64,000 nt of DNA from Torpedo marmorata (lineage: Eukaryota). The stretch spans positions 40,424,001 to 40,488,000 of the forward strand of contig OZ360221.1 in assembly GCA_977017645.1 (NCBI GenBank), read 5' to 3'. Shown piece by piece: positions 1-11,809 of this stretch; within the stretch, counting starts at the first letter, position 1; each line of letters begins with the position of its first letter. The translations under genes and the position numbers were made by a program. The notes beneath the pieces were generated by a model, which made no database searches, was not told where the DNA came from, and saw only the letters and a list, made by a program, of their open reading frames with translations.

Positions 1-31
1 TATTATTTAGTAACTGCATCAGTTAGACATG

Positions 32-197
32 AATTTAGACATACTGTACAGCACGGTAACAGGCCATTTCGGCTCACGAGTCAGTGCCGTCCAATTTACA
101 CCCCATTAACCTACACCCCCGGTACATTTTGAACAGTGGGAGGAAACCGGAGCCCCCGGAGAAAACCCACGCAGACATGGGGAGAACGTACAAACTC
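32..197 (-). mobile_element. tRNA-derived V-SINE (HE1-like), 5'-truncated copy
   Basis: Reverse complement has the V-SINE core (GAGTTTGTACGTTCTCCCC...TTTCCTCCCAC) and a CR1-like 3' tail, matching fuller copies at 47860 and 53195. Confidence 0.8.
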
Positions 198-614
198 AAT
201 GGTAGAATTTTACCTTCTATGTAATATATGGGACCCACAGCATTTCTATTTAATTTTCCACACTCTACTAAGCTTAACATAATCAGCCTTGCAATAATAA
301 AGAGCTATGTTTTAAATATTCCCATTGATTTTATTTTCATTGTGTTGGTACGGCAGGGGAAGCCATTCATTACATCAAGTCTATGCTGTCTACCTATAGA
401 ACAATCAGTTCAGTCCTATTCCCTCGCTCTTTCCCCATTGCCCTGGAAATTATTTTCCATCAAAGTAACTATCTAATTCCGTATAGAAAGCCCTGATTAA
501 CTCAATTTCCACAATCCATGCAGGCAGTGAATTTCAGATCATCACTGCTCTCTTCGTGATGCAAAGTTGAGAGAAGGTGCAGTGTTTTGTGTTATGGAAT
601 TACAATAATGAAAC

Positions 615-1158
615 CATTGCATACCTTCGCTCTGTCTGCATCAGTGACAGGGATCTCTCAGTGGCCAAACATTTCAATTCTGCAACCCACTCCTGCGCTG
701 ACATGTCTGACCATGGCCTCATGTACTGTCAAATCAAGACTACCTGTAAATTGGAGGAGCAACACCAAATTTTTGTTCTCGGCACACTCCAACTGGATGG
801 CATTAACATTGACATCTCCGGTTTCTGCTAGCCTATTCCCCGTTCTTCCTCTCTCTTCTCCATCCCTCTGTCTTCTTTCCTCCAGCTCTCCACCCCGTTC
901 CCTCTCCATTCACAGAGCCACCCCCACCCCTTGTTTGCTGGTGTGCCCTCCCTCCTTTATCCACCTGTGGGGCTGAGCTCCTCCCCTTACCCTCCCCCCC
1001 ACCATTTTGTTTGGCGCCTTGATGAAGGGCTCAAGCCCTAAACTTTGGTTATGTATCTTTATCTTTGCTATATAAAGTACGATGTTTGACCTATTGAGTT
1101 TCTCCAGCATTGTGTTTTTACTTCAACCATGGTGTCTGCAGACTTTTGTGTTTTACTG
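615..1158 (+). mobile_element. Penelope-like element 3' end (GIY-YIG endonuclease C-terminus plus tail)
   Basis: ORF 577-831 VAKHFNS...KLEEQHQIFVLGTLQLDGINID; tail with TTGATGAAGGGCTCAAGCCC shared with the other Penelope copies. Confidence 0.85.
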
Positions 1159-2360
1159 CTGGCATTATAATAACTAGCTTTTGGCAACCCCACTAAGAAG
1201 GCATCAACTTGCTGCAGGAACCATAAATTGTCACCAGTGACGGGCCTATCAATGAACCACATGGAGCTGAACATGAAGGGCCTCGACTTCTTAAATAATT
1301 TACAGAGATAATTTTTTTTGATACCACTGGGAATCTCCAGCCATTTTCTGCTGGCCTGTTGATGTGGAACTAAAGACTAGCCTATCTGAATTTTATTTAC
1401 TGTACCCAGGATTAACACTTGTAAGAGTTTACAAAGAAAGGGTGAGATAGTTAGTATCATATGCAATGCATTGCTTGTTTTTAATGATTGTATCAGTTGC
1501 ACTGTCAAATGGAAGTCTTATCTTTCTCCCATTATCAAATGTACAGAAGACTGAGATTTCCGTTGGGCAAATGTTGTCATTTGTCTGAGCTCTGATAATG
1601 TTCAAGACCCATATTTACTTACACCGGGTGAATGCAGGAGGCCACTGGACTAGAATACCAGCCACCCGTATAGTTAGAGAACACCTTTAAAGACACAAAG
1701 CATTCACAGGACACTGGAGGGTTAACCAAGTTTTAACACTGAGCCACAAGGAGATATTAGGGCAGAGTTAATGAGGTAGTTATTTTAAAAGAGGAAAGGG
1801 AGGCAGAACAGCACAGAGGATTATGAAAGGAATCCCCCAGTTTTGAGCATTAGCAACTGAAGATGGAGTAATTAAATTTAGGAATGATCAAGGTTTGATT
1901 AATGAGGTCAAATGAACAAATATTAACTTTCGTTTGAAATACTTTTGATACTTTTGGGTGCTATTTCTCAAGTACCTACCTCTAGTACATTTTGCATTGG
2001 CACTTCAAAGGGTAGCATGCTTTAATGCCACAGTTATATTAAGACTGAGAAGTTAATCACTTTTAATTGCAGGGTCAGGTGCCAAAACCCGTTCAGACAT
2101 TGCTTGGCTTCCTGTGCACCCAGCCCAGCAACATCTGAGCCTTAATGAAACTCTCCATGTTATATCAGACTTTCAACCATTAAACCACCAAATTCCCAGT
2201 TATGTGTTTAGGAGTGAGTATAATTAACCAGGGGAGACATAGCAAATTATGAAATGGTGGTTAATAGGTCTCCCCCTCTATGTCTTTATTCAGGGAGATC
2301 CCCCCATCAACCTCAATCTCAGATAACTCTTTGTCTTTCTCACCAATTACTAGGCCCATA

Positions 2361-2896
2361 CAGATTTCAGATTTCAGATTTATTATCAGAGTACATACAT
2401 TACATCACACACAACCCTGACATTCTTTTTCCTGCGGGCGAGGCAGAATTACCACTTATTAGTAGTGCAAAAAAAACTGTACTCAACGTACACATGTAAA
2501 CAAATAAAGAAATATAAACAAACTGTGCAATACAGAGAGAAAAAAATCAATAAAGTTCAAAAGTAAGAGTTCTTAAATGAGTCCCTGATTGAGTTTATTG
2601 TTGAGGAGTCTGATGGTGGAGGGGTAGCAGCTGTTCGTGAACCTGGTGGTGTGAGTCTTGTGGCACCTATACCTCTTTCCTGATGGTAGCAGCGAGAACA
2701 GAGCGTGTGCTGGGTGGTGTGGATCCTTGATAATTGCTGCTGCTCTTCGACGGCAGCGTTCCCTGTAGATGTTCTCGATGGTGGGGAGGGTTTTGCCTGT
2801 GTTGTCCTGGGCTGTGTCCACTACCTTTTGCAGGGCTTTACACTCAGGGGTATTGGTGTCCCCATAACAGATCATGATGCAGCTGGTCAGCACACT
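2361..2896 (-). mobile_element. Rex1/Babar-type LINE 3' fragment
   Basis: ORF 2573-2935 [23 protein letters not shown] is a typical Rex1/Babar ORF2 C-terminus; (TCTGAAA)n tail at 2361-2381; near-identical to 5802-6368. Confidence 0.85.
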
Positions 2897-3519
2897 AAAG
2901 GACATGGTACAGGACGACCTATCCTGGACCCACAAGACCTCTCATTAGTCAGGAAGGCGCAGCAATGCATACACTTCCTAAGGAGGCTGAGGAGGTCAAG
3001 GCTACCGGCCTCAATCTTGATAACATCTTACAGGAGCATAATTGAGAGTGTCCTGTCTGGCTGCGTCATTGCAAAGCATGAGACTGGGTCAATACAGAGG
3101 GTCATCAAAATGGCCGAGAAGATCACTGGGGTCTCCCTTGCCTCTATTGGTGACATTTACCAGAGGTTTTGCTTAAAGAGGACTAAAATAATTATAGAGG
3201 ACTCTTTCCATCCAGCACACAGCATCTTGGACCTACTACCATCAGGAAGGAGGTACAGGAGCATCAAAATCAGGACTGCCAGGCTGGGATATAGCTTCTT
3301 CCCGCAGGCTGTGAGATTGATGAACAGTTTCTGGATAAACGAGTGAATCATCACAAAATATCAGAAATATTTATTTTAAATTATATCTTTATGTATATAC
3401 GTGATTATTATGTGCTGTATATTGTGTATGTATGTGTGTGCACAATAGTCAGGAGAAATGCTGCTTTGTCTGGTTGTATATGTGCAGTCAGATAATAATA
3501 AACTTGAACTTGAACTTGA
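2897..3519 (+). mobile_element. Rex1/Babar-type LINE 3' fragment
   Basis: RKAQQCIHFLRRLRR...YRSIIESVLSGC...LLPSGRRYRS; AATAAA followed by a (ACTTGA)n tail. Confidence 0.85.
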
Positions 3520-4045
3520 TCATCATCTTCCTCCCTCTCACCTTCTTTCTTTGAGTAGTGCTGCATACCTCTACCACAAGTCATCGTCAAGTTCCTGGCT
3601 GCTCAGATTGCAACCTCTCATCTACCAGGGCAGTTTGACTGCCATCAGTTTGCACCATCACTCCTGACATTGATGTGCTGCAATCCCATAAAGCATGTCT
3701 ACAATCCTGGACAATCCTTTGATATGGCTCCTTCTTTTCTCCTCCTCATCAAAGAGCAAAACTTGTGCACAATGAGGATCACCAAATGAAGCAGGACCTC
3801 CTCAAGCACTATTGGGATTGACTCTCCTCTTTTATAGCAACATGGAAGAAGACTATTCAGTCTGGTTCATTCTAGTTCCCAGTACCACAGTCCCATCAGT
3901 CCCCTTCCCCATCTCTACATTTTTCTGCACCTCTGCAGCTTATTTTCTCTCATATATGCTCATTAACTCCCCTTTGCCATTAACCGATACTGATCGATAA
4001 TTTATGGTAACCAATTAACCCACCAGCATGTCTTTGGGAACTAAC

Positions 4046-4290
4046 AAGGTAAAAAGGTAAAGGTAAAGGTTCCATCATTGTCACGTAATACCACATTTAG
4101 AATGTAACATACATGAAATTCTTTAATTTTTGTCTACCGTAAGGCAGACAGAGGGTCTGCTACTTTGTCCAGAGCCCCTCACGGAAACCTACAGTACCTG
4201 GTGTTCCTAGGCAGTCTCCCCTCCAAGTACTGACCAGTCCTGTGCCTGCTTAGCTTCTGAGATCATACAATCCCAGTCGTATTCAGGCTA
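4046..4290 (-). mobile_element. 5S rRNA-derived SINE (SINE3-like)
   Basis: Reverse complement of 4185-4290 follows vertebrate 5S rRNA (GATCTCAGAAGCTAAGCAGG...GTCAGTACTTGGAGGGAGACTGCCTAGGAACACCAGGTACTGTAGGTTT), then a ~110-bp LINE-like tail and (ACCTTT)n. Confidence 0.85.
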
Positions 4291-4309
4291 CTGGTGAGGG
4301 AACATACAA

Positions 4310-5105
4310 ACTCCAATTTACTTTGGATAAGTGTGAGGTGATCCTTTTTGGTAAGTCAAAGCAGAGCAGGGCTTACTCAGTAAATGGTAGGGCCCTGTTA
4401 AATGTTGTAGAACAGGGAAATTATTATTCTCTGAAAGTATGACACAGGTATACAGGGTCTTTCTTCCACCAACTGTAACAATGAATATTTACTTATCGAT
4501 CTATACTTTCTATTTATTATCTCTTTCTGCGCTGGGGTAATTTAATGACTGCTATTGTAGTTGGTGTATCTTGCATACCTGTTTGGCTGCAGCAAGTAAG
4601 AATTTTGGAGTATATGTGTATTGTACTTATGTACATGACAATCAACTTATTATCATAATTTTCATCAGAGTTGTGAAGAAGGCATTTGGCATGCTTGCTT
4701 TCTTTGGCCAGGGCATTAAGTACAGGAGTTGAGACATCATATTACAGATGTACAAGACATTGGTAAAGTCTACAATCGGAATACTGTGTGCAGTTCTGTG
4801 GTCAGTTTGCTGTCGGAAGGATGTCATTAAACTGGAAAGGGTGCAAAAAAGATTCATAAAGATGTTACTGGGACTGGAGGGCTTGAATTATAGAGAGAGA
4901 CTGAATAGATGCCGACTTTAATCTCCAGGGTGTAGGAGGCTGAGCGGTAATCACAGACATGAGGGGAATAGATAAGGTGAATCATCGCAGCATTTACCAG
5001 AGAACGATAGTTTAAAATCAGAAGGCATTTTTTTAAGGTGGGGGGGTAGATTTAAAAGGGACGTGAGAGGCAACTTTTTCACTCAGAGGGCTGTGAGTAC
5101 ATGGT
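4310..5105 (+). mobile_element. Degraded CR1 LINE fragments
   Basis: GATAAGTGTGAGGTG, GTGAAGAAGGCATTTGGCATGCT, TACTGTGTGCAGTTCTG and TTCACTCAGAGGG are collinear with the CR1 at 8245-10598. Confidence 0.75.
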
Positions 5106-5801
5106 GGGTTAATTGCTGCTGTAAATTGTCCCTTGAGTGTAGGTTAGTGGCAGAGTTTGTGGGAGGTGGTGAGAATGAAGGGAAATAGTGTAGGGGTAGT
5201 GTAAATATGAGTTTGATAGTTCGCGTGGACTACATAAGGTGAAGGGCCCGTTTCTGTGCTGTGTGATGATTCTAGAACAAAAGCAAAGGACTGTGAAAGG
5301 GTGGAAAGCTGGGATGATTGATTGGAGTCAATTGAATGAGGGTGTAAAGGCTCATGAATAACACTGATCGGCAGGAGAAATTTAATGAAATCTGAAATGA
5401 CCAAAAAAAGAAGAAATAGTATACTTGTTGGAAATATACAAATCAATTATCTGAAATCTTACAGAACTGGAAGCAAATAAATCATTGTGAATAGTGAGAC
5501 TATAATAATGGCAACTTAACTGTTAACTATCCTCTGAAATAGCCTGGCAAGACAATATGTTCAGGGAAATATGGAAAGATAAATGATGATGGAACCTCCA
5601 CTCCTTTCACCCTCACCTTAATAGCAACACAATGAGCTCTTGGGTTTCTTTATTATCAAAATAGGGCGTGCCCACCTCTTGTTCTTGCCCACCAAGTCAA
5701 GCTTTTCCAGCAATAGCTTCTCTTCACTGTTATGTCTAGATTTCCACAAAATATCTTTAATTGGTTTCTTTAGTTTCCTCGTCAACCACAACTTTCTCTT
5801 C

Positions 5802-6368
5802 GGATTTCAGATTTCAAATTTATTGTCAGAGTACATACATGACATCACACACAACCCTGAGATTCTTTTTCCTGCAGGCCAGGCAGAATTACCACTTATT
5901 GGTAGTGCAAAAAAAGAATCTGACTCCACGTGCACATGTAAACAAATAAAGAAATGTAAACAAACTGACTGTGCAATACAGAGATAGAAAAAAAATCAAT
6001 AAAGTGCAAAAGTAGGAGTACTTAAATAAATCCCTCATTGAGTTTGTTGTTGAGGAGTCTGATGGTGGAGGGGCAGCAGCTATTCCTGAACCTGGTGGTG
6101 CGAGTCTTGTGGCACCTATACCTCTTTCCTGATGGTAGCAGCGAGAACAGAGCGTGTGCTGGGTGGTGTGGATCCTTGATGGTTGCTGCTGCTCTCTGTC
6201 GGCAGCGTTCCCTGTAGATGTTCTTGATGGTGGGGAGGGTTTTACCCATGATGTCCTGGGCTGTGTCCACTACCTTTTGCAGGGCTTAACGCTCAGGGAT
6301 ATTGGTGTCCCCAAACCAGTCTGTGATGCAGCCAGTCAGCACACTCTCCACCACACATCCGTAGAAAC
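5802..6368 (-). mobile_element. Rex1/Babar-type LINE 3' fragment (same family as 2361-2896)
   Basis: ORF 6022-6270 [21 protein letters not shown]; same 3' UTR and tail. Confidence 0.85.
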
Positions 6369-6660
6369 CAAATTTTGCTCCTGTCCCCTTAAAACACACA
6401 CAATTAATCCAACTTTTGATCACCCTTCCCAAATGTTTACTTTTCCTTTGGTTGAATGTTCACTTTTGTCCAGTTGCCTTCCTGTGCTGTGCCTTGTAAA
6501 TTGTCTTCCATGCTAAAGATGCCATACCAATGCAAATTGCAGTGATGTTTATCACTGCACTATTGGCAACTGTACCTTCTTCTGCCTTGGCCCTAAACTT
6601 TAGAATTCCCTATGCTAACCTCTCCACCTTTTCTCCTATTTCTCCCCCTTTCGTATACGC

Positions 6661-6779
6661 CAGTGGTTTTCAAACTTTTTCTTTCCACTCACATACCACT
6701 TTAAGTAATCCCTTACAAATCACAGAGGGATTACTTAAGGTGGTATGTGAGTGGAAAAGAAAAAGTTTGAAAACCACTG
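6661..6779. mobile_element. 119-bp hAT (Charlie-like) foldback MITE
   Basis: TIR CAGTGGTTTTCAAACTTTTT, arms of ~50 bp; perfect 8-bp TSD GTATACGC at 6653-6660 and 6780-6787; half copy at ~32225-32273. Confidence 0.92.
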
Positions 6780-7432
6780 GTATACGCTGTAAAGTTGTTA
6801 ATTTGGACATTTATTTCATCTGTTTTCTCTTTCTTGGCTCAGGGTCCAAAGTTTATTTGATATGTCTGCTGTGTATTATCTTGGGACATTTTGAACTAAC
6901 TTAACTCTGAACCCAAAATGTGCAGACAAAATGTAGACATGATTATAGAGATGTGAGCTTCACCTCCTCAATCTCGTAGAAATTTAGAAACGAGTTTGGT
7001 CACTTTGTCATTGGGCCACAAGATGGAGTACCTCTCCATGGCAGGATGGTGGGAGATGAGGGAGGGAGAAGGAGGAGGTCCAACAAACTCAACTCATGTT
7101 ATGGCTTGACATCAGCTCTTGGCCACTTGCAGTAGTCAAGGGACCATCCATCACTCAGATCACCAAATTCATTTGCATCAGCAGAGTGTTTGTGAAAATA
7201 AATGGAAGGCCTCAGAGTGAAATATCCAATGGTCCATCCAATACAGCAGATTCCTGTTGTTTGATTGATGTGAATGTGACTGCAATAATTTCCCTACATC
7301 TATAAACAATAATGACAGCTCATTATTTCTTCACAAAATATTTCAGACCATTTTTCTGAGATCTTTATTGACATTTGGTATTTGAGTGTGCAGGTACAAT
7401 TTATTTTATATATATATTTTATATCATTTATA

Positions 7433-8171
7433 TAAATTTAAATTTTTAAATTTAGACATACAGCACGGTAACAGGCCCTTTCGGCCCATGAGCCCGTGCC
7501 GCCCAATTACACCCAATTAACCTACAACCCTGGTACGTTTTGAACGGTGGGAGGAAACCAGAGCCCCCGGGGAAAACCCAAACAGACACAGGGAAAACGT
7601 CCAAACTCCTTACAGACAGCGCGGGATTTGAACCCCGGTCCCGATCGCTGGCACTGTGACAGTGTTGCGCTAACCGCTACGCCAGGGGTCCCCAAACATT
7701 TTAGACCCCTTCACGGAATACTTGATCCCTCACCGACCCCCAGGCATGGAATCCCGGGGGGGGGGTGGTGATGGGGGGTGGTGGTGGCGCTGGACGGGGG
7801 GGGGGGAGGGGAGTGGCAGCGCTGGACGGGAGGTGGACACTACCAAAGGTACAAAGAACACATACATCTTTCTTCCACGCTCAGTCCGTCCTCCCGTTCG
7901 CTCTCAACTTATTCAAAGGCCGAAGCCAAATACAACATGGCGGCCACCAAGGCCCGCTCTCGTGAGAGGTTGGCCACCACTGCCATAGGTGCTATTTTCT
8001 GTTGATCCACCCCTGCTTTCCACCGCAAAAGTTCAATCGACCCCCCCCCCGTCGTTATCATCCCCCTTTCGACCCCCTGCCATTTATCGACCCCTTGGAT
8101 AGTCCCATCGACCCCCAGGGGTCGATATCGACCACTTTGGAGACCCCTGCACTACGCTAATTGTGCCGCCT
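7433..8171 (-). mobile_element. V-SINE (HE1-like), interrupted by a hAT MITE
   Basis: Reverse complement shows tRNA B box GGTTCAAATCC, V core and CR1-type tail; the head resumes after 8149. Confidence 0.85.
7683..8149. mobile_element. hAT non-autonomous element inserted in the SINE head
   Basis: TIRs CAGGGGTCCCCAAA / TTTGGAGACCCCTG; 8-bp TSD CGCTACGC / CACTACGC (1 mismatch). Confidence 0.85.
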
Positions 8172-8244
8172 TGATATATATGATATATATATCATATTTC
8201 AAGTGACACGAGAATATAATAGGTACCCATTGAAATACATATAA

Positions 8245-10598
8245 GAACCGACGAGAGAGGGGGCAGTATTGGATCTACTATTTGGGAACGAGATAGGTCA
8301 GGTGACAGAGGTTTGTGTTGGGGAACACTTTGGGTCTAGTGATCATAATACCATTAGTTTTAGGTTGATAATGGAGAAGGATAGGGCTGGGCCTAAGGTT
8401 GAGATTCTTGATTGGAATAAGGCAAATTTTGAGGAGATGAGGAAGGATTTAGAGGGATTGGGATCATTTATTTTTAGGAAAGGATGTCACAAATAAATGG
8501 AGGATATTCAAAGGGGAAATTTTGAGAGTACAGAGTCGGTTTGTCCCTGTGAGGATTAAAGGAAGAGTTAGAAAATATAGGGAGCCTTGGTTTTCAAAGG
8601 ATATTGGGAATTTGGTTCGGAGGAAGAGGGATGTGTACAACAGGTATAGACAGCAGGGAATAGATGAGGTCCTTGAGGAATATAAGGAGTGTAAAAAAAA
8701 TCTTAAGAAAGAAATTAGAAAGGCTAAAAGGAGATATGAGGCTGCTTTGGCAGGCAAGGTAAAAATAAATCCAAAGGGTTTCTGTAGGTACATTAAAAGC
8801 AAAAGAATAGTGAGGGATAAAATTGGGCCCATTGAGGATCAGACGGGTAGGCTATGTGAGAAGTCAGAGGAGATGGGGGAGATTTTAAATGAATTTTTTT
8901 CTTCAGTATTTACAAAGGAAAGGAATATTGAGCCAGGTGAAGTAAGGCAATCTGGCAGGGAGGTCATGGATAATATAAAGATTAATGAGGAGGTAGTATT
9001 GGCTATTTTAAAGAGTATAAAGGTGGATAAATCTCCAGGTCCTGACAGGATATTCCCGAGGACCCTGAGGGAGGTTAGTGTACAAATAGTGGGGGCTCTG
9101 ACAGAAATATTTAAAATGTCACTGGCCACGGGGGAGGTGCCGGAGGATTGGAGGGTAGCTCATGTTGTCCCGCTGTTTAAGAAGGGCTCCAAAATTAAAC
9201 CTGGAAATTATAGGCCTGTGAGTCTGACATCTGTGGTGGGTAAATTAATGGAGAGTGTTCTTAGAGATGGTGTATACAGTTATTTGGAAAGACAAGCATT
9301 GATTAGGAGTAGTCAACACGGTTTTGTTCGTGGTAGATCATGTTTGACAAATCTCAAAGAGTTTTTCGATGAGGTTACTAAGAGGGTTGACAAGGGGAAG
9401 GCTGTGGATGTTGTCTATATGGACTTCAGTAAGGCATTTGACAAGGTTCCGCATAAGAGGCTCGTTAGGAAGGTTCAAGCATTAGGTATTAACGACGAAG
9501 TAGTGAAATGGATTCAACAATGGTTGGATAGGAGATGCCAGAGAGTAGTGGTGGAAAATTGTTTGTTAAATTGGAGGCCGGTGACTAGTGGAGTGCCTCA
9601 GGGATCAGTACTGGGTCCATTGTTGTTTGTCATATATATTAATGATCTAGATGATAGGGTGGTAAATTGGATTAGTAAGTATGCAGATGATACGAAGATT
9701 GGTGGTGTTGTGGACAGTGAAGTAGGATATCAAAGCTTGCAGGGGGATATTGGACAGTTAGAAGAGTGGGCGGAAACATGGCAGATGGAATTTAATACTG
9801 ATAAATGTGAGGTGCTACATTTTGGTAGGATTAATCAGCAAAGGTCATACATGTTAAATGGAAGACAATTGAGAAGTGCAGTAGAACAGAGGGATTTAGG
9901 AATTCTGGTACATAATTCCCTGAAAGTTGAGTCACACGTAGATAGGGTGGTGAAGAAGGCATTTGGTATGTTGGCCTTCATAAATCGGAGTATTGAATAT
10001 AGGAGTTGGGATGTCATGTTGAAGTTGTATAAGGCATTGGTGAGGCCAAATTTGGAATATTGTGTGCAGTTTTGGTCGCTGAATTACAGGAAGGATATAA
10101 ACAGAATAGAGAGAGTGCAGAGGAGATTTGCAAGAATGTTGCCTGGGTTTCTGGGTTTGAGTTATAGGGAAAGGTTGAACAGGCTGGGACTTTATTCCCT
10201 GGAGCGTAGAAGGTTGAGGGTTGATTTGATAGAGGTATTTAAAATTATGAAGGGGAAAGATAGAGTCAATGTGGACAAGCTTTTTCCATTGAGAGAGGGG
10301 AAGATTCAAACAAGAGGGCATGGATTGAGATTGAAGGGGGTAAAGTTTAGAGGAAACATGAGGGGGAATTTCTTCACTCAGAGGGTGGTAGGAGGGTGGA
10401 ACGAGCTTCCGGCCGAAGTGGTAGATGCAGGTTCAATTTTAATGTTTAAGGAAAAGTTGGATAGGTATATGGACGAGAGAGGTGTGGAGGGTTATGGGCC
10501 GGGTGCGGGTCAGTGGGACTAGGTGGGAGAATGTGTTCGGCATGGACTCGAAGGGCCGAACTGGCCTGTTTCTGTGCTGTAAATGTTATATGGTTATA
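8245..10598 (+). mobile_element. CR1 LINE, 5'-truncated, young
   Basis: End of the APE domain (LDLLFGN...GSSDHNTI), complete RT, 3' UTR GGGCCGAACTGGCCTGTTTCTGTGCTG and TGTTATATGGTTATAT tail. Confidence 0.95.
8522..10522 (+). CDS. CR1 ORF2 reverse transcriptase region (666 aa open; frameshift upstream near 8460)
   Basis: KSPGPD, PGNYRPVSLTS, QHGF, DFSKAFDKVPH, GVPQGSVLGP, YADD and YCVQFWS motifs. Confidence 0.93.
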   Translation: MRVQSRFVPVRIKGRVRKYREPWFSKDIGNLVRRKRDVYNRYRQQGIDEVLEEYKECKKNLKKEIRKAKRRYEAALAGKVKINPKGFCRYIKSKRIVRDKIGPIEDQTGRLCEKSEEMGEILNEFFSSVFTKERNIEPGEVRQSGREVMDNIKINEEVVLAILKSIKVDKSPGPDRIFPRTLREVSVQIVGALTEIFKMSLATGEVPEDWRVAHVVPLFKKGSKIKPGNYRPVSLTSVVGKLMESVLRDGVYSYLERQALIRSSQHGFVRGRSCLTNLKEFFDEVTKRVDKGKAVDVVYMDFSKAFDKVPHKRLVRKVQALGINDEVVKWIQQWLDRRCQRVVVENCLLNWRPVTSGVPQGSVLGPLLFVIYINDLDDRVVNWISKYADDTKIGGVVDSEVGYQSLQGDIGQLEEWAETWQMEFNTDKCEVLHFGRINQQRSYMLNGRQLRSAVEQRDLGILVHNSLKVESHVDRVVKKAFGMLAFINRSIEYRSWDVMLKLYKALVRPNLEYCVQFWSLNYRKDINRIERVQRRFARMLPGFLGLSYRERLNRLGLYSLERRRLRVDLIEVFKIMKGKDRVNVDKLFPLREGKIQTRGHGLRLKGVKFRGNMRGNFFTQRVVGGWNELPAEVVDAGSILMFKEKLDRYMDERGVEGYGPGAGQWD

Positions 10599-11809
10599 TT
10601 TAGATATAGGGAAAGATTCTGAAGTCTGACTGGAAGTAGCATTTGTAATAAAATATTTGTAAATTTGATCTTGTAATCCTTATTTTGTAGTCTATATGTT
10701 TACAGACTCTTGAGTGTACATGTCATCAAGGAAGCTTAAGGGTTTCATCATATTGGTCTTGAAATTACAATGACATAATACATCTGTATAAGGTTTCCTA
10801 ACCTGCTACTTCAAGGGGACGTTAAGCCACTTAAAGTAAGCAGGCTGCCAAAATAAAAAAATAATGACGGACATTCAAATATTTCTTTGCAGTGCATTGT
10901 GCTATGATTATCTGTAATAACTTCCCTAAAGATAATTCTCAAGGGCTCAGTTTGATTCCAATATTACTCTTGATTAGCCTTTGATTAGTTGCTTTAGGTA
11001 TTTTATTTTTTCTCTGTTGATTTGATATTTTGAAATGCTAAATCTGCTGCATCAATGAATTGAAGTTTGAAGGTTTCAGAAGGACACCATTGCAATTCAT
11101 CATAATTTTTGGAAAACTGTGCTAATTATTCTAAATTATTTTATTATTTTCTCTGCCTTCATTACTCGTTGATGCTACACCTTTGAAACCTCTGTTCAAT
11201 CTCCTGTCCTGAAATGTGCATGTTTGGTCTCTGCCCTATTGGTCATTTATCATAGCAAGAGGTTGAATCGTTTCTTTCAATGATTGCATGCAAGTTTCTC
11301 TGGTTTTGTTTCCTTTTGCTTCAAAAATATGTACAATGAGAGAGGCTCCTGAGATTGTGCCAAAAAGAAGTCTGTTTAATAATCCATGTTGAGAAACTGG
11401 CATCGATAACTAGACCCAGTAATTATTGCACAACCCTAGTTGCTCATCAGATGGTGTGAGTCTTTCTCCTTAACCAATTTTGTCCGTACGTTGAAGAATT
11501 TCCCTTGGGGTGTGTACATATGGAAGTGACTGTGACTTGCTATAAGACCCCTCCCTAGTTCACTTTAAGGACTGAAATCTGCCGTCATTACCCAGAATTG
11601 CCTGTTGTGAATTGAGTGTGGATGACACACATCTGTTTCAATGTTCAAGGCCAATCAAGGATTGCTGGCTTTGCGGTGATGTCTATATCCACAAGTGAAT
11701 AAATAAAAACAATGTTATAGGATTTTCACCCAGTGAAAAGCTTGAGTTAGAACATGGAACAAAGATCTACAGCACAGTACAGGCCCTTTGGCCCACAGTG
11801 TTGTGTCGA

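Noticed and set aside
2705-3346. 213-aa ORF as a novel gene
   Set aside because: Chance read-through from the antisense of one Rex fragment into the sense strand of another
4185-4290. Functional 5S rRNA gene
   Set aside because: Lacks the 5' end, has many substitutions and is fused to a retroposon tail; called a SINE instead
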